Source: Antedon mediterranea (lineage: Eukaryota > Animalia > Echinodermata). From it: 64,000 bases of DNA. How positions within the stretch are numbered: position 1 is the stretch's first letter; each line of letters begins with the position of its first letter. Made by a program: the position numbers and the translations under genes. Below are positions 63,491 through 64,000 of this stretch, one piece after another. The notes beneath the pieces were generated by a model. That model had not been told where the DNA came from. It searched no databases and saw only the letters and a program-made list of their open reading frames with translations. The stretch lies in assembly GCF_964355755.1 (NCBI RefSeq), contig NC_092677.1, positions 19,428,101-19,492,100 of the forward strand, in the 5' to 3' direction.

Positions 63491-64000
63491 GTTGGCTCAT
63501 TTAACTATTATTGTTTGTACCACTGATTCACGTTTTTATCGGATAGTTGGCGCTAATGAAGTTTCGTACCCACCCCTTAAAATTACTCAAAATCTTCATC
63601 CAACCTACTCACTAGGGCCAGGCCTAACTAGGCCTAGGGCCTAGTAGGCCTAGGCTAGGCCTAGGCCTAGTTGTCTACAAATCGATAATTTATAAATAAC
63701 TATTTTTAATCAATTAATATTGAGCAACCTTCATAAACCCATCGCCAGCTTAGCTTTGTAAAAATCATGGATCAACTGCCGTTTTGGCTCCGGAGTTTTC
63801 TTTAGGGTTATTCCATTATTAAAGTGGGGGTGTGTTGTTATGAATATTGTGTGCAGGTACGTCAATAGAAATGACATTGAGAGCCCTCTTCTGTCAGTTG
63901 ACTGGTTGCCGGTCTACCGCCTTGTAATTGACTTAATCATGATCGAATTCCAACAACTTAAGAATAATACAAAATGTTTACATAATTATATAACAATGTA

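Noticed and set aside
63612-63670. Cluster of AGGCCT/CCTAGG palindromes
   Set aside because: Low-complexity motif scattered throughout the window; no evidence of a discrete element.

Overview
AT-rich eukaryotic (metazoan invertebrate) genomic DNA with GT-AG introns; no prokaryotic features. 1-29 kb is a nested transposon field: the 3' end and LTR of an LTR retrotransposon inserted into a two-gene PIF/Harbinger element, a minisatellite-like C2H2 zinc-finger exon, a decayed hAT transposase, several LINEs and a Penelope fragment carrying a hammerhead ribozyme. 29-57 kb (minus strand) is a rearranged cluster of single-pass receptor genes built from phase-1/phase-1 exons: a largely intact EGF-repeat receptor with an ITAM-like tail, a pseudogenised paralog, and a chitin-binding (CBM14/peritrophin-A) repeat receptor with an ITIM-consensus tail, interleaved with segmental duplications, Academ-like elements, Helentron-type repeats, SINEs and an L1-Tx1 insertion. 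57-64 kb holds foldback/MITE elements and the first coding exon of a HEATR3-like gene. All calls come from manual reading and translation; no database searches were run, and some repeat boundaries are approximate.
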